This document shows positions 37,561-50,441 of a stretch of DNA of 64,000 nucleotides, piece after piece; position 1 is the first letter of the stretch, and every line of letters begins with the position of its first letter. The DNA lies in NCBI GenBank assembly GCA_964252035.1, contig OZ176211.1. The stretch is one strand, 5' to 3'. This stretch comes from Podarcis erhardii. Its lineage: Eukaryota. Both the position numbers and the translations under genes were made by a program. The notes below the pieces were generated by a model. That model ran no database searches, had not been told where the DNA came from, and saw nothing but the letters and a program-made list of their open reading frames with translations.

Positions 37561-39105
37561 ATTAGAAAAGTGCAAGATCTTGCATGATTTCAGCCAAGAT
37601 CTCACCCGAAATTGCCAAGATTCCACCTGAAATCTGCACCGGTGCTGCTCCTCCACCAGTGGCGGAGGCAGCAGGGCAGATGGTGCAGGTGGCAGGGGAC
37701 AGATGACAGTGCAGGTGGCGGCAACAGTAGTGGTAGCAGCAGCAGGGCAGCACCTTCCATTTCACCTCAAACAGTAAAACGTAACATGCCACTCTTGATT
37801 ACACCTATTAGATTTAGTCCTGCCTTCTGGGGCAGCAGAGAACAAGCCTTTGTCCTCCGTGCATTTGCCCTTCAGGTACTTGAAGGGTACCATCAACTTC
37901 CTAGGCACTGTACCCTGGATGGAGTCTCATCAGCAGCGTAGCATGGAGGGGCAGAGCAGTGATTGGCCCCAGGTGCAAAATTGTTAGGGGCACAAAATTT
38001 CAGCACCCGGTGTTTCCTTAATACAGCTGTCTGCTTCCATTGCTGGGCTCTGTTGCAAACCAGGAAGTGACCTCTCCAAAAGATGGAACAACTCTTCCTT
38101 TCTTATCTCTGTGGCTGCGATCTCCTGGGTGATACAGATGCCATTGGGCAGTTAAACGGGCATGCATAGTCTGCCTGTTTCCCACCCACCCCTCTGTGGA
38201 GCCCTGGGAGCTCACAACCCATGCAACACCACAGGGTTGCTTACATTCCTTTTAATGCAAGTAGTTTAGAGTTTGCTAGCTTCACATGCATAAAGCTTTA
38301 GGCCTTGCTATAATTGTCTTATTTCATTATTTTAAAACCATTTTGAGAGCTGAAATGCAACTGTGATCATCCGTCCAGCAAGCCTACCAACTGCATGTAT
38401 TTATATTTGGGAAGCGTAGTTAAGAGGATAGATGCTGCTTTTTGTCCAGCTTTGTGTCTAGACAATGTGAGAGGAAGGGAAAGGTCTCTTAATTATATTG
38501 TGAGACCCCCAAGGCATTAGATCATTCTTTCAAGGAACTCAGATCTTGAAATTTTAGAATTAGAATTTAAACTCAACCGCAGAGTCCCAGACAAATATAA
38601 TCAAGGAGATTAAGGTGAAATTAACACACAGCCTTTGGGAGAGTCTGTGGACTAGTTGTAAGAATAGCAATTAAACCTGCTAGTCGGGAGACTCGGGAGA
38701 CTTCCAGGAAGATCATCATGGCAAGAGTCTGACCAATTTGGCCCCATCCATTGACCAGTGAAGGAACAGTTGCTCCAAAGCTTTCTTTCTCCCCTATTCC
38801 TTTTCCCTTTTGCACCGGTACACTCTTTCACACAAACGCTTCTTCCTGCGTTGACGTAGCTTAAACCTGTTTTCAGTGTAACATGTGAATCGGACCAATA
38901 TGTCAGTGCCAGTTGCACTTCTGAAGGGTGGGCATTCCACAGTTGGGTGCAGCTGCAGAGAACGTTCTCTCCTGTGTCACCACATAGTGGATTTCCCTGG
39001 ATGATGGAACCAGAAGAAGAGTGCCCTTTGATTATCTAAAGGCACACAGAGGTTGAAATAGGAAGAGTTGGGTTTTGGGGGTATTTAGGTCCCAAGCCAT
39101 GTGTG

Positions 39106-39583
39106 CAGGGCCGTCTTTAGCATATGCGGCACTGGGGTGCAAAAAAACTGCCCAGTGCCCCCAATTGGGGGAGGCAGGCCAAAGTTGTTGAGCTTTTTTT
39201 AGGGGGCAGCTCGGAGTTGTTAAGCTTTTTGGGGGGGCACACAACTCTCTCCCATACCACTGTGGGTGGAAGGAGGAGAACAATCCCAGCAGAGGCTTGG
39301 GAGGGAAGCTGTGCACCCTGTAAGAGAAGCAGCACATCTCATATGAGCAGAGTACATGTGCTGAGCGGGCCTCTCAACAGCCTGTCAATCCCAGGCGTGC
39401 AGGAGAAAAGCCTGCGGTGCTCCGGTGGGCTCTGCTCCACTCGGCAGTGGCTGTCGCCTGACCTGACCTGGCTCTTCAATCCCCAGACTTCAAATCTCAG
39501 CCCCAGACTCTTGGCCTGGTGTCCCTGAGAGCCCAGAGCCCGGGTGCCCCACACCCCTAGCACCTATGGGTAAGCTGGCCCTG
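39106..39583. mobile_element. hAT-type non-autonomous element
   Basis: Ends cagggccgtctt / aagctggccctg; perfect 8-bp TSD catgtgtg (39098-39105 / 39584-39591). Confidence 0.88.
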
Positions 39584-39784
39584 CATGTGTGCTTTAAAGG
39601 AAACACCAGCACCTTGAATTGGGTTTGTAAGCAGAGTCAAATCCTCCTCCTTGCTATAAGCAACTGAAAATAAGTAGTCAGCATGATGCCCTTCATGTGT
39701 TTTAGATGATAACTCTGTTCACCAAACACCAGAAATGATGAGAAATGTAGTCACCAACATCTGCAGGGGGATCACGTCACTTAC

Positions 39785-40383
39785 CCCTGCTTTTAAAGGT
39801 CCTGCTGCATGATTTAGATACCGATTCTTGCCTACATCACTCCCCTTTCACTGTGCTGGTTGAAGCAGGTTGCTTTACTTTGCTGCCGTGATTCTCACTT
39901 TGCATGGAGGAATCAATGAGGTTGTGGGGGGTAGCATAAGAGAATTCTCCGTTGGCACGTTCCCACCTCTTCAAGGTTAAGAGGGCCAATGGAGGTGCCT
40001 TGACCGGAAAGCCACAAAATCTCTGAGGCAGTGCTGAGGAAATCATTATGACCAGGAAAATTCTCGGCAGGTCAAATTTAGCTGAACTCAAAAGACCTAT
40101 CCGAAAGGCTTGCGGACCAATTATTCCGTTTCCTTTGGCATATGATGGAATTGTGAAAATTGTTGGTTAGACTGGTCAATTTGGCTAGTGGCAACAGAGT
40201 GTTTTCGGGGGGGGGGTGTGGAACTTGCTGAAAAAGCTATAGTCATCAGATCAACACTTTCTCTCTTCTTAAATGCACACATTCCTTTTTTTCTTCTTTT
40301 TTTGAAAACTGAATGGTAGCTATTGAATATAGCTGGCATACTCTCTCTATACCTTCCGCTTAACTTTCTCGTGACTAAGAATA
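39785..40383 (-). other. Candidate (possibly 5'UTR or non-coding) exon of an unidentified minus-strand transcript
   Basis: Consensus donor GCAGGG|gtaagt at 39785; possible acceptor ctgacaactctgcag|T at 40383; upstream donor GGGC|gtaagt at 40606; repeat-free. No recognisable protein. Confidence 0.25.
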
Positions 40384-41584
40384 CTGCAGAGTTGTCAGAT
40401 TCATGTGGTTCGATAGGCATTTTCTGCTAGAATTAAGAGTTGTTTTCAATCTGCATAATTGCAGATAATTAGTGCCCTTTGGGACATGTACACCACACTG
40501 AATCACTGTTTGCTTTTCTACCATCTTGCACATTTGGTCACAGGATGTGTGCGACTGCAAGTCCAGGAACAATGGCCAAAATTATAATTTGCATTTGCTA
40601 CTTACGCCCGTTACCCGTTTCCTTTGTAAGACCTCTAAATGCATATTTTGAAATAACTCTAATGAATAAAGCAGAATTACAGAATGGGGCGGCAAATTAC
40701 AACTAAATCTCAACAAGAGAGGATAAACCCCATCTTTTTTGTGTAGTCACTCCAGTGGCTGGAGTAATTGGATGATAGCCTGGGGGCATCCATTTGGTCT
40801 ATAATTAGGTCATTTCTTCCTCATCCCCTGTGTGTATGTATAATTACAAATTAATTTGAAATCCCACTGTGAGGGGGGAGGTCAATATAGTATCAGGGAG
40901 TGGGGTGGGGGGTGGGGAACAAGAGCCAGGGGATATTATTAGTTTATGGAAAAAATGGTTCTTCTGTCAAAAAACTCACTTGAGCCAAAAGTCATATCCA
41001 CATTGGCAGAAACTTAAATATATTTTTGTTTCTTGGTAACTCTTTTGTATGAGGATATTTTCTTTTTGTTCCTCTTTGCCCATGGCACCAATGTGGTGCA
41101 GTGGTGAATGTCTGGCCCTTGGCTGTGGGAGGCTGTAGCTCAGGTCCACCGCCAGGGCGAGAGTGGCATTGACTTCAGCCAATCAGGCAATGTAGTTGGG
41201 GTTGAAGGGTTAATCAGAGCAATGAGGGGGTGGGCTGAAAGGCCTGGACTGCCTGCTAGCTTCTCTGGCACTCTCATAGGGCCCCTTGCCTCAAAGCTGG
41301 TGCCTGGTTGGTTGAGCTTCCTATCACTCTTGCCCTGGGTTTATAATTTTTCCAGATCAAGATGGCAGGTAGTCAGAGGCCTGAAGGAGTTGAGTGGAGC
41401 TGTGGTTTTCTTGGCAGCCCATGCTGGCAAACAGCCTTGCGTTCACTTGCCAGCTTCCCACCTCCAAATCACCTAGCCATTCAGCCAAGGAGGAAGGGAT
41501 GGCAGCACAGCAGAGGCCATGCTACTACCACCACAACTAACAAAATCGAAAGGGTTTTTAAGAAGACAGGGAGGGCAGCATCAA

Positions 41585-41670
41585 AGCATAGGAATAGTCC
41601 TGCTGGATCAGGCCAAGGGCCCATCTAGCCCAGCATCCTGTTCTCACAGTGGCCAACCAGATACTTGTGG
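41585..41670 (-). mobile_element. CR1-family 3' end
   Basis: cctgctggatcaggccaagggcccatctagcccagcatcctgttctcacagtggccaaccagat. Confidence 0.75.
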
Positions 41671-41799
41671 AATTGACCAGGTCTCCAAGTGACTTACAAC
41701 ACATTAACAAATATAAATGTACAGATACCATTAACAGACAGATACAAACAACTGTAATACACCAACAATGACAATGAGAACATTATGTTGTTAATAGTA

Positions 41800-42325
41800 G
41801 TACCACTCTTTTGTGCCTTGGTCCGACCACACCTGGAATATTGTGTGCAGTTCTGGGCGCCACAATTTAAGAAGAATACTGACAAGCTGGAATGTGTGCT
41901 GAGGAGGGCGACTGAGATGATCAAGGGTCTGGAAACCACGCCTTATGAAGAATGGTCGAAGGAGCTGAGTATATTTAGCCTGGAAAAGAGGAGACTGAGA
42001 GGAGATATGATAGCCATCTTCAAACATCTCAAGAGTTGTCACATGGAGGATGGAGCAAAATTGTTTTCTCCTGCTCCGGAGAACCCGAACCAATGACTTC
42101 AAGTTCCAAGAAAGGAAACACCAAGAAGAACTTTCTGACAGTAAGAGCCGTTTGGTAGTGAAATGAACTACCACAGGAGGTGGTAGACTCTCGTGCTTTG
42201 GAGGTTTTTAGGCAAAGGTTGGATGACCATCTGACATGTATGATCTAGTTGTGATTCCTGCATTGCAGGGAGTTGGACTAGATGACCCTTGGGAACCCTT
42301 CCAACTTTACAATTCTGTGATTCTA
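41800..42325 (+). mobile_element. CR1 LINE 3' fragment (ORF2 C-terminus plus 3'UTR)
   Basis: [20 protein letters not shown]...[21 protein letters not shown]-type translation; terminal attctgtgattct. Confidence 0.95.
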
Positions 42326-43093
42326 TAATCTTTGAATGTCCAGCTTCATTGGGTGTTTCCACATTCTAATACTATGAGATCTCCCTATCTGCTTTCTCCA
42401 CAGCAACAGGTAGAGTGAACAGTGAAGTGGGCCTCCAGAAGGATGTGTCTTTACAGGCTGCTTCCCCCATCATTCAGCTTCTTGCCAAAGTGCAAACCAC
42501 CTATTTGATCCTCCCTATGCAAATCTAGTCCAAAACTTGCATCTGCCCTCCCACCTGTCCAGTATAGACAGGATAAATTAACACTAAACCATCCTTGACA
42601 GATGTTTATCCAACCTCAGGGTTTTTCTTTCTTTCTTTCAGAAGAATCCTACTCCATCCTTTAAATTAAATGCAACAATCTGCTGACCTTAGCATAACAT
42701 AAACACAAATTGTAACTAACTACTGGTTCAGAGCACAGCCATTTTAAATGCACCCTGAAAGTCAAACTGTAACAACCCATTTGGTTTTAAATGAGATGTT
42801 TACTTAAAAGGCTGTTCTGCTACGATTAATTAAAATATGGGTCAGTGTTTGGAATGAAATGTTGTGTTTAGAGACTTTAAAAAGGAAACGATGGTTAGAG
42901 GTGTCTTAACAAATACAGATGTGCTTAATCTTGATCTCTGCCTCATGAAATAAGGGAACGTTTTCTAGAATCATTTCCATTAGCAAACGCTTCATGATAT
43001 CATAAGAGAGCATCCCTAGAGTGAGTGCTGAGAAAAGCATTATTACAGGGTCTGGGGCTATGGTATGAAAGCATGTAAGACCACCAGGTTATT

Positions 43094-43140
43094 GAAGCTA
43101 AGCCATCTGGTCAGTGTCTGGATGGGAGATCTCTTGGGAA
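43094..43140 (+). other. 5S-rRNA-derived fragment (SINE3-like remnant)
   Basis: gaagctaagc...ctggtcagtgtctggatgggagatctcttgggaa resembles 5S box A to box C with an internal deletion. Confidence 0.5.
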
Positions 43141-43287
43141 CTATAAGTACATTGATCTTTTCAGTTGTGGCTTCATCTGTGAAATGCTCTCCCCAGTGAA
43201 GTCTGCTTGGTGCCTTCACTAAAATTTTAGCACTGGGTAAAGACTGACTTTCCCCACAAGCTTTTGAAGGACCAAGACTGTGTACAT

Positions 43288-43430
43288 ACCATACATTTAA
43301 AGCACACAACTTGCCTCAGAGAATCCTAGGAACTGTGGTTTGTGAACAGTGCTGGGAATTGTAGCTCTGTGAGGGGTAAACTACAATTCCTGGGATTCTT
43401 TGAAGAAGTCATGTGCTTTAAATGTATGGT
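43288..43430. mobile_element. Palindromic MITE-like repeat
   Basis: Perfect 19-bp inverted ends accatacatttaaagcaca / tgtgctttaaatgtatggt; relatives at ~32690-32825 and ~63850-63975. Confidence 0.75.
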
Positions 43431-43665
43431 GCAGTCGCCACCTGAGATTATGTCGTTTTGCTGCCCAAACTTCCTGTTGCTGTTATGGGAGTTGTTGTGA
43501 TTGTTGTTTCAATTTATATACCACCCTTTATCAAAAGATCTCAGGGTGGTACACAACATTAGAAACACATTACAGAACGTCAGTGATAACAACATAATGT
43601 TCTTCTTATTTGTATTGTGGCTGTTTGTATTTTCCTATTAATGGTGTAATGTATTTATGTTTATA

Positions 43666-43907
43666 CAGTGGTACCTCGGGTTACATACGCTTCAGGTTAC
43701 AAACGCTTCAGGTTACAGACTCTGCTAACCCAGAAATAGTACCTCGGGTTAAGAACTTTGCTTCAGGATGAGAACAGAAATCATGCAGCGGCAGCGCAAT
43801 GGCAGCAGGAGGCCTCATTAGCTAAAGTGGTGCTTCAGGTTAAGGACAGTTTCAGGTTAAGAACGAACCTCTGGAATGAATTAAATACTTAACCAGAGGT
43901 ACCACTG
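43666..43907 (+). mobile_element. Tc1/pogo-type MITE (cagtggtacctc family)
   Basis: TIRs cagtggtacctc / gaggtaccactg; TA TSD. Confidence 0.93.
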
Positions 43908-43984
43908 TAGTTCTCAATGTATTGTAAGTTGCTTGGAGACCTGAGCACCAACAAGTCTCAGAAATAATACGAACATAGAAATAT

Positions 43985-44445
43985 AAGTGCCGGTATGCAC
44001 CATGCCTCCACCATCCCCCTGATGCCCCCTCTTGCCCACCTGCCCACCCACTCACTCCCCAGCACCTTTGCCCCTTCCATGAAAAGGAGGCACCAGAGCA
44101 GAGGTTCCTCACCGTGACCTTTCCCCAATTTTCAGGCACCTTCCTGGATGGCATGTTGGCAATTGTAAGAGTCATGCCAAAGCACCTCTGGGAGGCCATG
44201 CCTGCAGCCTCGGGGTGTGGTGATGGCAGAGGAAGTGGCCAAGTTGGGAAGGTGAGTGGGCAAGTGAGATGGTGGTAGGGGAAAAACAGGTGGCAGTATA
44301 GCATACCAGCACATTGGGCTCCCCCCCCCCAGCCAGAACTAAGTTCTGGCACCTCTCAGGTGAGCACCATTGCCATTCTGAGAGAACAAGGGAGGTGCTC
44401 TCAGTGAGTTTCAGCACCTCTTTTTTTTAGAAAACTAGCACTGCT
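43985..44445. mobile_element. Degenerate hAT-type element fragment
   Basis: Right end cagcacctcttttttttagaaaactagcactg is typical of cagtgct-ended non-autonomous elements; left end unclear. Confidence 0.45.
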
Positions 44446-45211
44446 GGCACGTACCTTCTTGAAAAAGCCCTGCTAACAATAACAACACATCGCTTTGGAA
44501 TCCATGATGGGGAAAGTTGAGATATAAATGTAATGAAATGTATTTAAAATATTGGAATATTATAAACCACCCATTCAGGCTTGGTGTAGAGAAAGAGAAG
44601 CATCTGATAATCACAGCTTCAGAAATTAAAGCCCAGCCATATTTGACACAAGCTAGAACATATCATTTTCTTTTGAGGACTGCAAAAAGTGAATTAAATG
44701 TGTCCATACTGACAGTCTACCATTGCCTTTCTGATGGAGCTACTGCCAACGGAGCACTGACCCAGGAAGATGTATAAAGATTGCCTGGGAAAACAAATAA
44801 GCTTTCTTGAAATAGGTCCAATACAAACTGGAAATGGGGAGAGAAGCCTACGAGAACGTTTCATTGCTGTCTGACCAGGTTCAGTTTACAGAGAGAGGAT
44901 GAGCAGTTGCTGGACCTCTTCCAAATCTTGCACTTGAAAACTGCCATAAGACATGGAAAAGGGATTCTTGGAGTAGAATCTATAAGTATTACAGATTTTG
45001 CCTCTGTCTGAAAGTGGCTGTCTGGAGTTAAATTATGTTTTGAAGCTCCAGCAGCTATGGTCCCCAGGACATTGAAAACAAACAGTCTGGGTTAGGATTG
45101 TCCACATGAGATGTAACTAAGTGGCTGATTCACATCAGCTTTTTCCTTTAGAATTGCCCAAGTTGTCCCCTGAAAGAACAAGATAAAATGGGCCAGCTGG
45201 TCCTTCTTAGG

Positions 45212-45726
45212 CAGGGGTGCCGACTTAAAAAAAATATTGGGGGGGCGGGGGCCCATACCGACTTATAAAAAATATTGGGGGGGCCCAAGACCTCCAAACC
45301 GCTGCTGCTGGGGGAACGAAAGGGGCGAGCCCCGGGCTGCCCCGACCTTAAGTGAACCTGTGAGGGCCCGCCCTTTGCGGCAGCCGATTGGCTGCCGCCG
45401 TGGGCGGTGAATATTAATGAGCTAGGGGGAATCCCCGCTTCTCGCGGGGCTGACGCCAGCCCCGCGAGATTGTTGATGGGTCGAGAGCCCGCAACCCCAC
45501 CCCCTCTCTAGATCGGGAGTGGCTTTGTTTTAACTCATTACTGAATGTATTTTAAAAGGTAACTATCGTCAAACAAGGAAAATAAAAAATACCAACATAA
45601 TTTTGTGATTTTACAAAGCATAATATAACTAATAATTTTCTTAAATTATTGGGGGGGCAGAGCCCCCCCAAACGAATTTTTGAGGGGGCTCGGGCCCCCT
45701 CAGGCCCCATGGAGTCGGCGCCTATG
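45212..45726. mobile_element. Young CpG-rich hAT-type non-autonomous element
   Basis: TIRs caggggtgccgact / cataggcgccgact (11/14); perfect 8-bp TSD ttcttagg (45204-45211 / 45727-45734). Confidence 0.9.
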
Positions 45727-46174
45727 TTCTTAGGTCCTTATCCTATGTTCAGTCAGCTTTTACAAGGAATTCATATGACATTGTCATATGTCAAGTGATT
45801 GCATTCCCATGTTTTCTGCCCTATGCTTTTTCAGACCTGATATGTGATTGTTGTTCTTGGCCATTTAAACAAAACAAAAACAAAAAACCACAGCAACAGC
45901 CTGTTCAGCGTGAAAGGTAAAACACTAGTAGTCCTTTTAAGAAGCGCAGATAAAATTGAAAGTTTCCTGTTTGCAGAGTGAATCAATGCTGGAGGAACAT
46001 TACTCCTGAGTTTTCTCAGACTGCGCCCCCTTCCCTTGTCTGTGTGCATTAAATTTCTTTTCTTTCAAAAACAAACATCTATTTGAAAAGAGATTATTGG
46101 AAAACAGTGCTATTTTGCTATAAACAGCCATGGAAGTTCTTCATATGAGAACAAGCCTTCACTATGGTAGAGTG

Positions 46175-46475
46175 CCCCCACCCCCACCAATTTATAGAAT
46201 ACTTGCCTCAGGGTGGTCTGCCTGGTACCAACCTTATCACCATTTCGACGCTGAGCAAAATCACCTTTCGTTTTTGCAGGCTTTTGGGCAGCACCAATGA
46301 TATGATTGTACTGTTAAGTCTGTTTTTTCATTATGTTTATGTGATTTGCTTATCTTTTATTACTTTCATGTTAATTCACTTTGGGACTTTCTCAGTAATA
46401 AACCTAAACCTAATAAAATCTATGTTTGTTTGATTGTTTTTTTTAAAAAAGAAAACATTAAAAAAATACAAACCC
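46175..46475 (+). mobile_element. Possible L1/Tx1 3' end
   Basis: HQFIEYL resembles the L1 ORF2 terminal motif; T-rich 3'UTR, AATAAA and A-rich tail follow. Confidence 0.35.
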
Positions 46476-47209
46476 TTTACCATTTGTTTATTTTTTACAA
46501 AGATCATTATTACGTATAACCATTTCATGTAAGATCAACTTCAAAGGACTTTTCCTAAAACCGCCCAGTAGGGATATGCTTAAAAATGGACTTTGAAGCC
46601 AGCTATGTCATAGAGCACTCAGTTCATTTTCCATAGCATGATACTGCTCACCCAACATGAAAGATAACACACAGCACCATACAAGCCATTCAAGAAGAAT
46701 CCTGCTAACCTCAGTGGTCTACTTCTCTATAATAAGATATGTGGTCCAAAAACCCCAAAACATTGCTCTTGCTGCCTATATGTACTGACCGCCCTCCTGG
46801 GCTGGGGACTCTAATGCACATCTGGATAGTCTAATTTTAGGGCTTCCAGATGTGATGAGTGTACACTTGAGGTTCATAATCCAATTACCTGAAGCTGCAA
46901 TTAAATGCAAATTTTGTAGGTCCAGTTTTGCTATTTGTTTTTATAATGAATAAGGGACATTAAAACTGACCACAGGTCTACTTACTATGCCCCTAAAAAA
47001 TGTAGGAGGCAAGAAGGGGAAACCCCAGTTATTGGGGTTGTGTGCATGTTGTAAAGCTCACATTTATAAATAGAAATAAAAGAGCATCATGGCTATAATC
47101 TAAGGATGGAAAACCTGTAGCCCTCCAGATGTTGCTAGACTCCAACTCCCAGCAGCCCCAGCCAGCATAGCCAATGTTTAAGGTTGATGGGAGTCATGTT
47201 TGCAGGGCA

Positions 47210-47401
47210 GGGACCATAGCTCAGTAGTAGAGCATCTGCTTTGCATCCAGCAAATCTCAGATTCAACTCCCAGCATCTCCAGTTAGCCTTGAGAAAGAAC
47301 ACTCTCTGCCTGACACTCTGGAGAGCAACTGCCAGCCAGTGTAGACAATATGGAGCTACCTGGACCAATGATCTGTATATAAGCCAGCTTCCTATGTTCC
47401 T
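47210..47401 (+). mobile_element. Squam2-type tRNA-derived SINE
   Basis: gggaccatagctcagtagtagagcatctgctttgc head; ...gtgtagacaat...cagcttcctatgttcct tail. Confidence 0.8.
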
Positions 47402-48259
47402 GTCTACTCCAACAATATCTGGAGAGCCACCGGTTTCCTGTTCCTGCTGTAATCCTAGTACACTTTAAGGCTCCTCTAGATGCCTTGTTTACTGAGCATT
47501 CAGCCTGATTTGCTTACATCAAGTATATGTGGCGGTTAGACTATGTCCAGTCTTTATTAAGCATTCATTGCATTGAAAAATTACTAAAGGGGAGATTTGA
47601 TTTTGTTGTTAAATGAAATTCTCATTTCTGTGAGACAAGAGTTTTGCTGCTCTCACCTTATGGCTGGGTGTCTGAATGTTCTTTCCTTCACTCTACAAAA
47701 GCAATTAGTGTTTGTTTGTTTGATATATATCCTGCCCTCCCAGGGTGGCAATTCATCTCTCCGGTGAGCCACCTTCAGGAAAACCCATGACATCCTTAGC
47801 TCCAGCTGTAAGCCAGGGATGAGGAAACCCATTTTTAGCCTGAAGACTGCATCCTTCAGGGGCGGGGAGAGAATGGGACCACACATACCAGTGGTGAGAG
47901 AGGCAAAAACTGGGTGGAGCAATGGCTTTAAATCTTACCTCTGTACAACAAGAGGAATTACAAGAGTTCAAGAACACATTTCAGCCATGCAATGGAGGGA
48001 AGAAAGAAGAAGGTGCCCTTGGCAAAGAGCTGTATCTGTGCCACTGCCCTCAATTTTAAAAATCACTTTACTGCAATCACCACCTTACAAATCAATACAT
48101 TTTATGTGGCCCAAGTCCTCAAAGTGTCCAGAGTGAGGGTGAGGCGAGGGGCAAGGGCGAGGAAAATTGCACACCTTTGTGCCGTGTTGTGAGAAGGATG
48201 GGAAAGTTCTCCAGCATTTGATCTCACTGCAACAGTGGCAGTGCGTCGCCACACATATA

Positions 48260-48494
48260 CAGTGGTACCTCAGGTTACATACGCTTCAGGTTACAGATGC
48301 TTCAGGTTACAGACTCCGCTAACCCAGAAATAGTGCTTCAGGATGAGAACAGAAATCGTGCTCCGGCGGCTCCGGCGGCGCGGCGGCAGCAGAGGGAGGC
48401 CCAATTAGCTAAAGTGGTGCTTCAGGTTAAGAATAGTTTCAGGTTAAGAACGGACCTCTGGAACAAATTAAGTACTTAACCCGAGGTACCACTG
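48260..48494 (+). mobile_element. Tc1/pogo-type MITE (cagtggtacctc family)
   Basis: TIRs and TA TSD; internal deletion and ctccggcgg duplication. Confidence 0.93.
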
Positions 48495-50407
48495 TATAAG
48501 TCATTCACTCCATGGTATGATAGGTGATCTTTGCACCCTGGTGGAGGCTGGTTTCGCCAACCCCTAGGTACATCTCTGTGAGGGGTGTGGCCTGGAAAGA
48601 GGAGGCGTGGTTAGAGGAGACTCCTTTGACCTATGGCATCCAATCCCTGCTGGGGAGGCTTCCTACAATGCGCCTGTTCATTGCTATTTTTTAAAGTGAA
48701 GTCTTTTAAGGAATTCAGTGTGGAGAAACTCCCTTAAAAACAAAAACAGCAAGGGCTCTAATGTCAGGTGCTTGTTAGCCAGCCTCTCCAGATTCCCATT
48801 TTTCAGTGAAGAACCAAAGGAAAACACTATGATGTAACTCCTCCTATGGAGCTATTTCAGATCAGGAGCCACAGGCAGCTGGGGAAGATGCAAAGTGCTG
48901 GTAAAATGCTTAATGGAAAAAGAAACACCCCTGATGTCAGGCATCTCCCGACAATAAGCTTATTTATAAGGTAGAAACTTCTTTATAATGTTATTGCATG
49001 CAGGGTTGCCAGCATGTTATAAAGAAGTGCTAAAGTGCCCAGTGAACAAAGCTGGAAAAAACCAAAGCTTCTTTCTCAGGAGAAGAAAATGTTCAAGATA
49101 TTGAAGGGCAGGTTTCTTTGGCAACATATTTCTAGAGGCTTGGCAAAGCCTGCCAAAACGTGCAGATCCCCACTTCCCATTCTTAGACCCAGTTCTCTCA
49201 CTCTAGCTCCCAAAACTCACATTTGCAGATAGCAGAAGAACACTTGAATCCCTTTCCCATGTGGGATACTTCTCACGGAAGTATCCAAGCCATTAAGTAA
49301 GTAACACACGCCTTCAGGGACATGTGGTGTGGGCATGGATATTTCCCACATCATTCAGCAAGCGCACACTCTCACAACCACCGTGCTGACTTTGCAGGGT
49401 CACTCACATCACTAAGAACATTCAGTTCAGACAGGAGCCCCACAGAAACTTACGAAGCTGGGAGAGGCTAGTTGGGAAGTGGTAAACCTGCCAGTGGATA
49501 TTCAATTAGATGTGTGAATTTGCCTAACATCAAGGATAGCCAACATGGTGCTTTCAAGGTTCTTGGGGTTATTGGGGGGGGGGGCTACAGCTCCCGTCAT
49601 CGCCAGGATGAGCTTTGCAATCCAATAATATCTGGAGATATTATATTGCCTATCTCTGCTTTAAACGATAGAGAAAAGCTATCATGATGGACTGCTTAAA
49701 AACACAAAAGAAGAAACAGAACGGCTCAGACCTTTTGCAGATTAAGAAGGAAAATGTAAGCTACCCAGGGTACAGGGGAATTTATTTGTTTGTCTGTTTT
49801 AAGAAAACTCCATAAGGTAACGGGCAGCCAAGAAGTACACTCCAAATGCTGTTGACTGCAACTCCCAGCATCCCTGACTAATGGCCATGATGCCTGAGGC
49901 AGCTGGTAGTGGCACCAAATTGGCTACTCCTGCCATAGAGGAAAGCTGTAGTGCCATGCTCAACTTCAGGTAGTTATTTGGTGCAATTTTGCTATGAAAT
50001 GTTTTTCTGTCCAGACAGAATAAGAACCTTGGCAAAGAGAAAAACAGTCATTAATGGCAGGGTATGCTACAAAAATCCACTATATTGGAGAAAGAGAAAT
50101 ATTTTTTGAAAGTATAGGCTTGAATCCAGATTACCATTACAGAATTAGTTTCTGTTCTGTGGATTCTTGCCCAAGAGCTAGTGGAAGTCTTCTTGCAATG
50201 CACTGCAGAAATAAATTGGGGAATCTGTGCTGTGAAGAGGTTTTCTGCTATCTGGAGGGCACCTTTGGGTCCACCCTATAATTCATGGAATCCTATGCAC
50301 AAATTCCTCCCACTGAAGAGCAAGATTCTAGTCCCCATGCTTTTGTAAGTCACCAGTTTATCCTTTGAAAGGATAAAGTAACTGAAATGATCAACAGATT
50401 GCAAGCC

Positions 50408-50441
<34 letters not shown>

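Noticed and set aside
38621-38918. Minus-strand exon candidate with basic peptide FKLRQRRKKRLCERVYRCKREKE
   Set aside because: The acceptor lacks a pyrimidine tract (gaaaacag), the donor is weak, and no frame matches a protein I know.
39785-39840. In-frame TGA followed by open codons up to a donor, suggesting selenocysteine readthrough
   Set aside because: No recognisable selenoprotein motif or SECIS could be supported.
39837-40091. LPQRF motif suggesting an RFamide (NPVF/GnIH) precursor
   Set aside because: LPQRF is followed by CG rather than the G-R/K amidation and cleavage signal, and there are no other LPXRF repeats or precursor similarity.
47210-47290. tRNA gene (also similar heads at 6430, 11300, 24541)
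   Set aside because: These are SINE heads continuing into SINE bodies; no complete cloverleaf or terminator.
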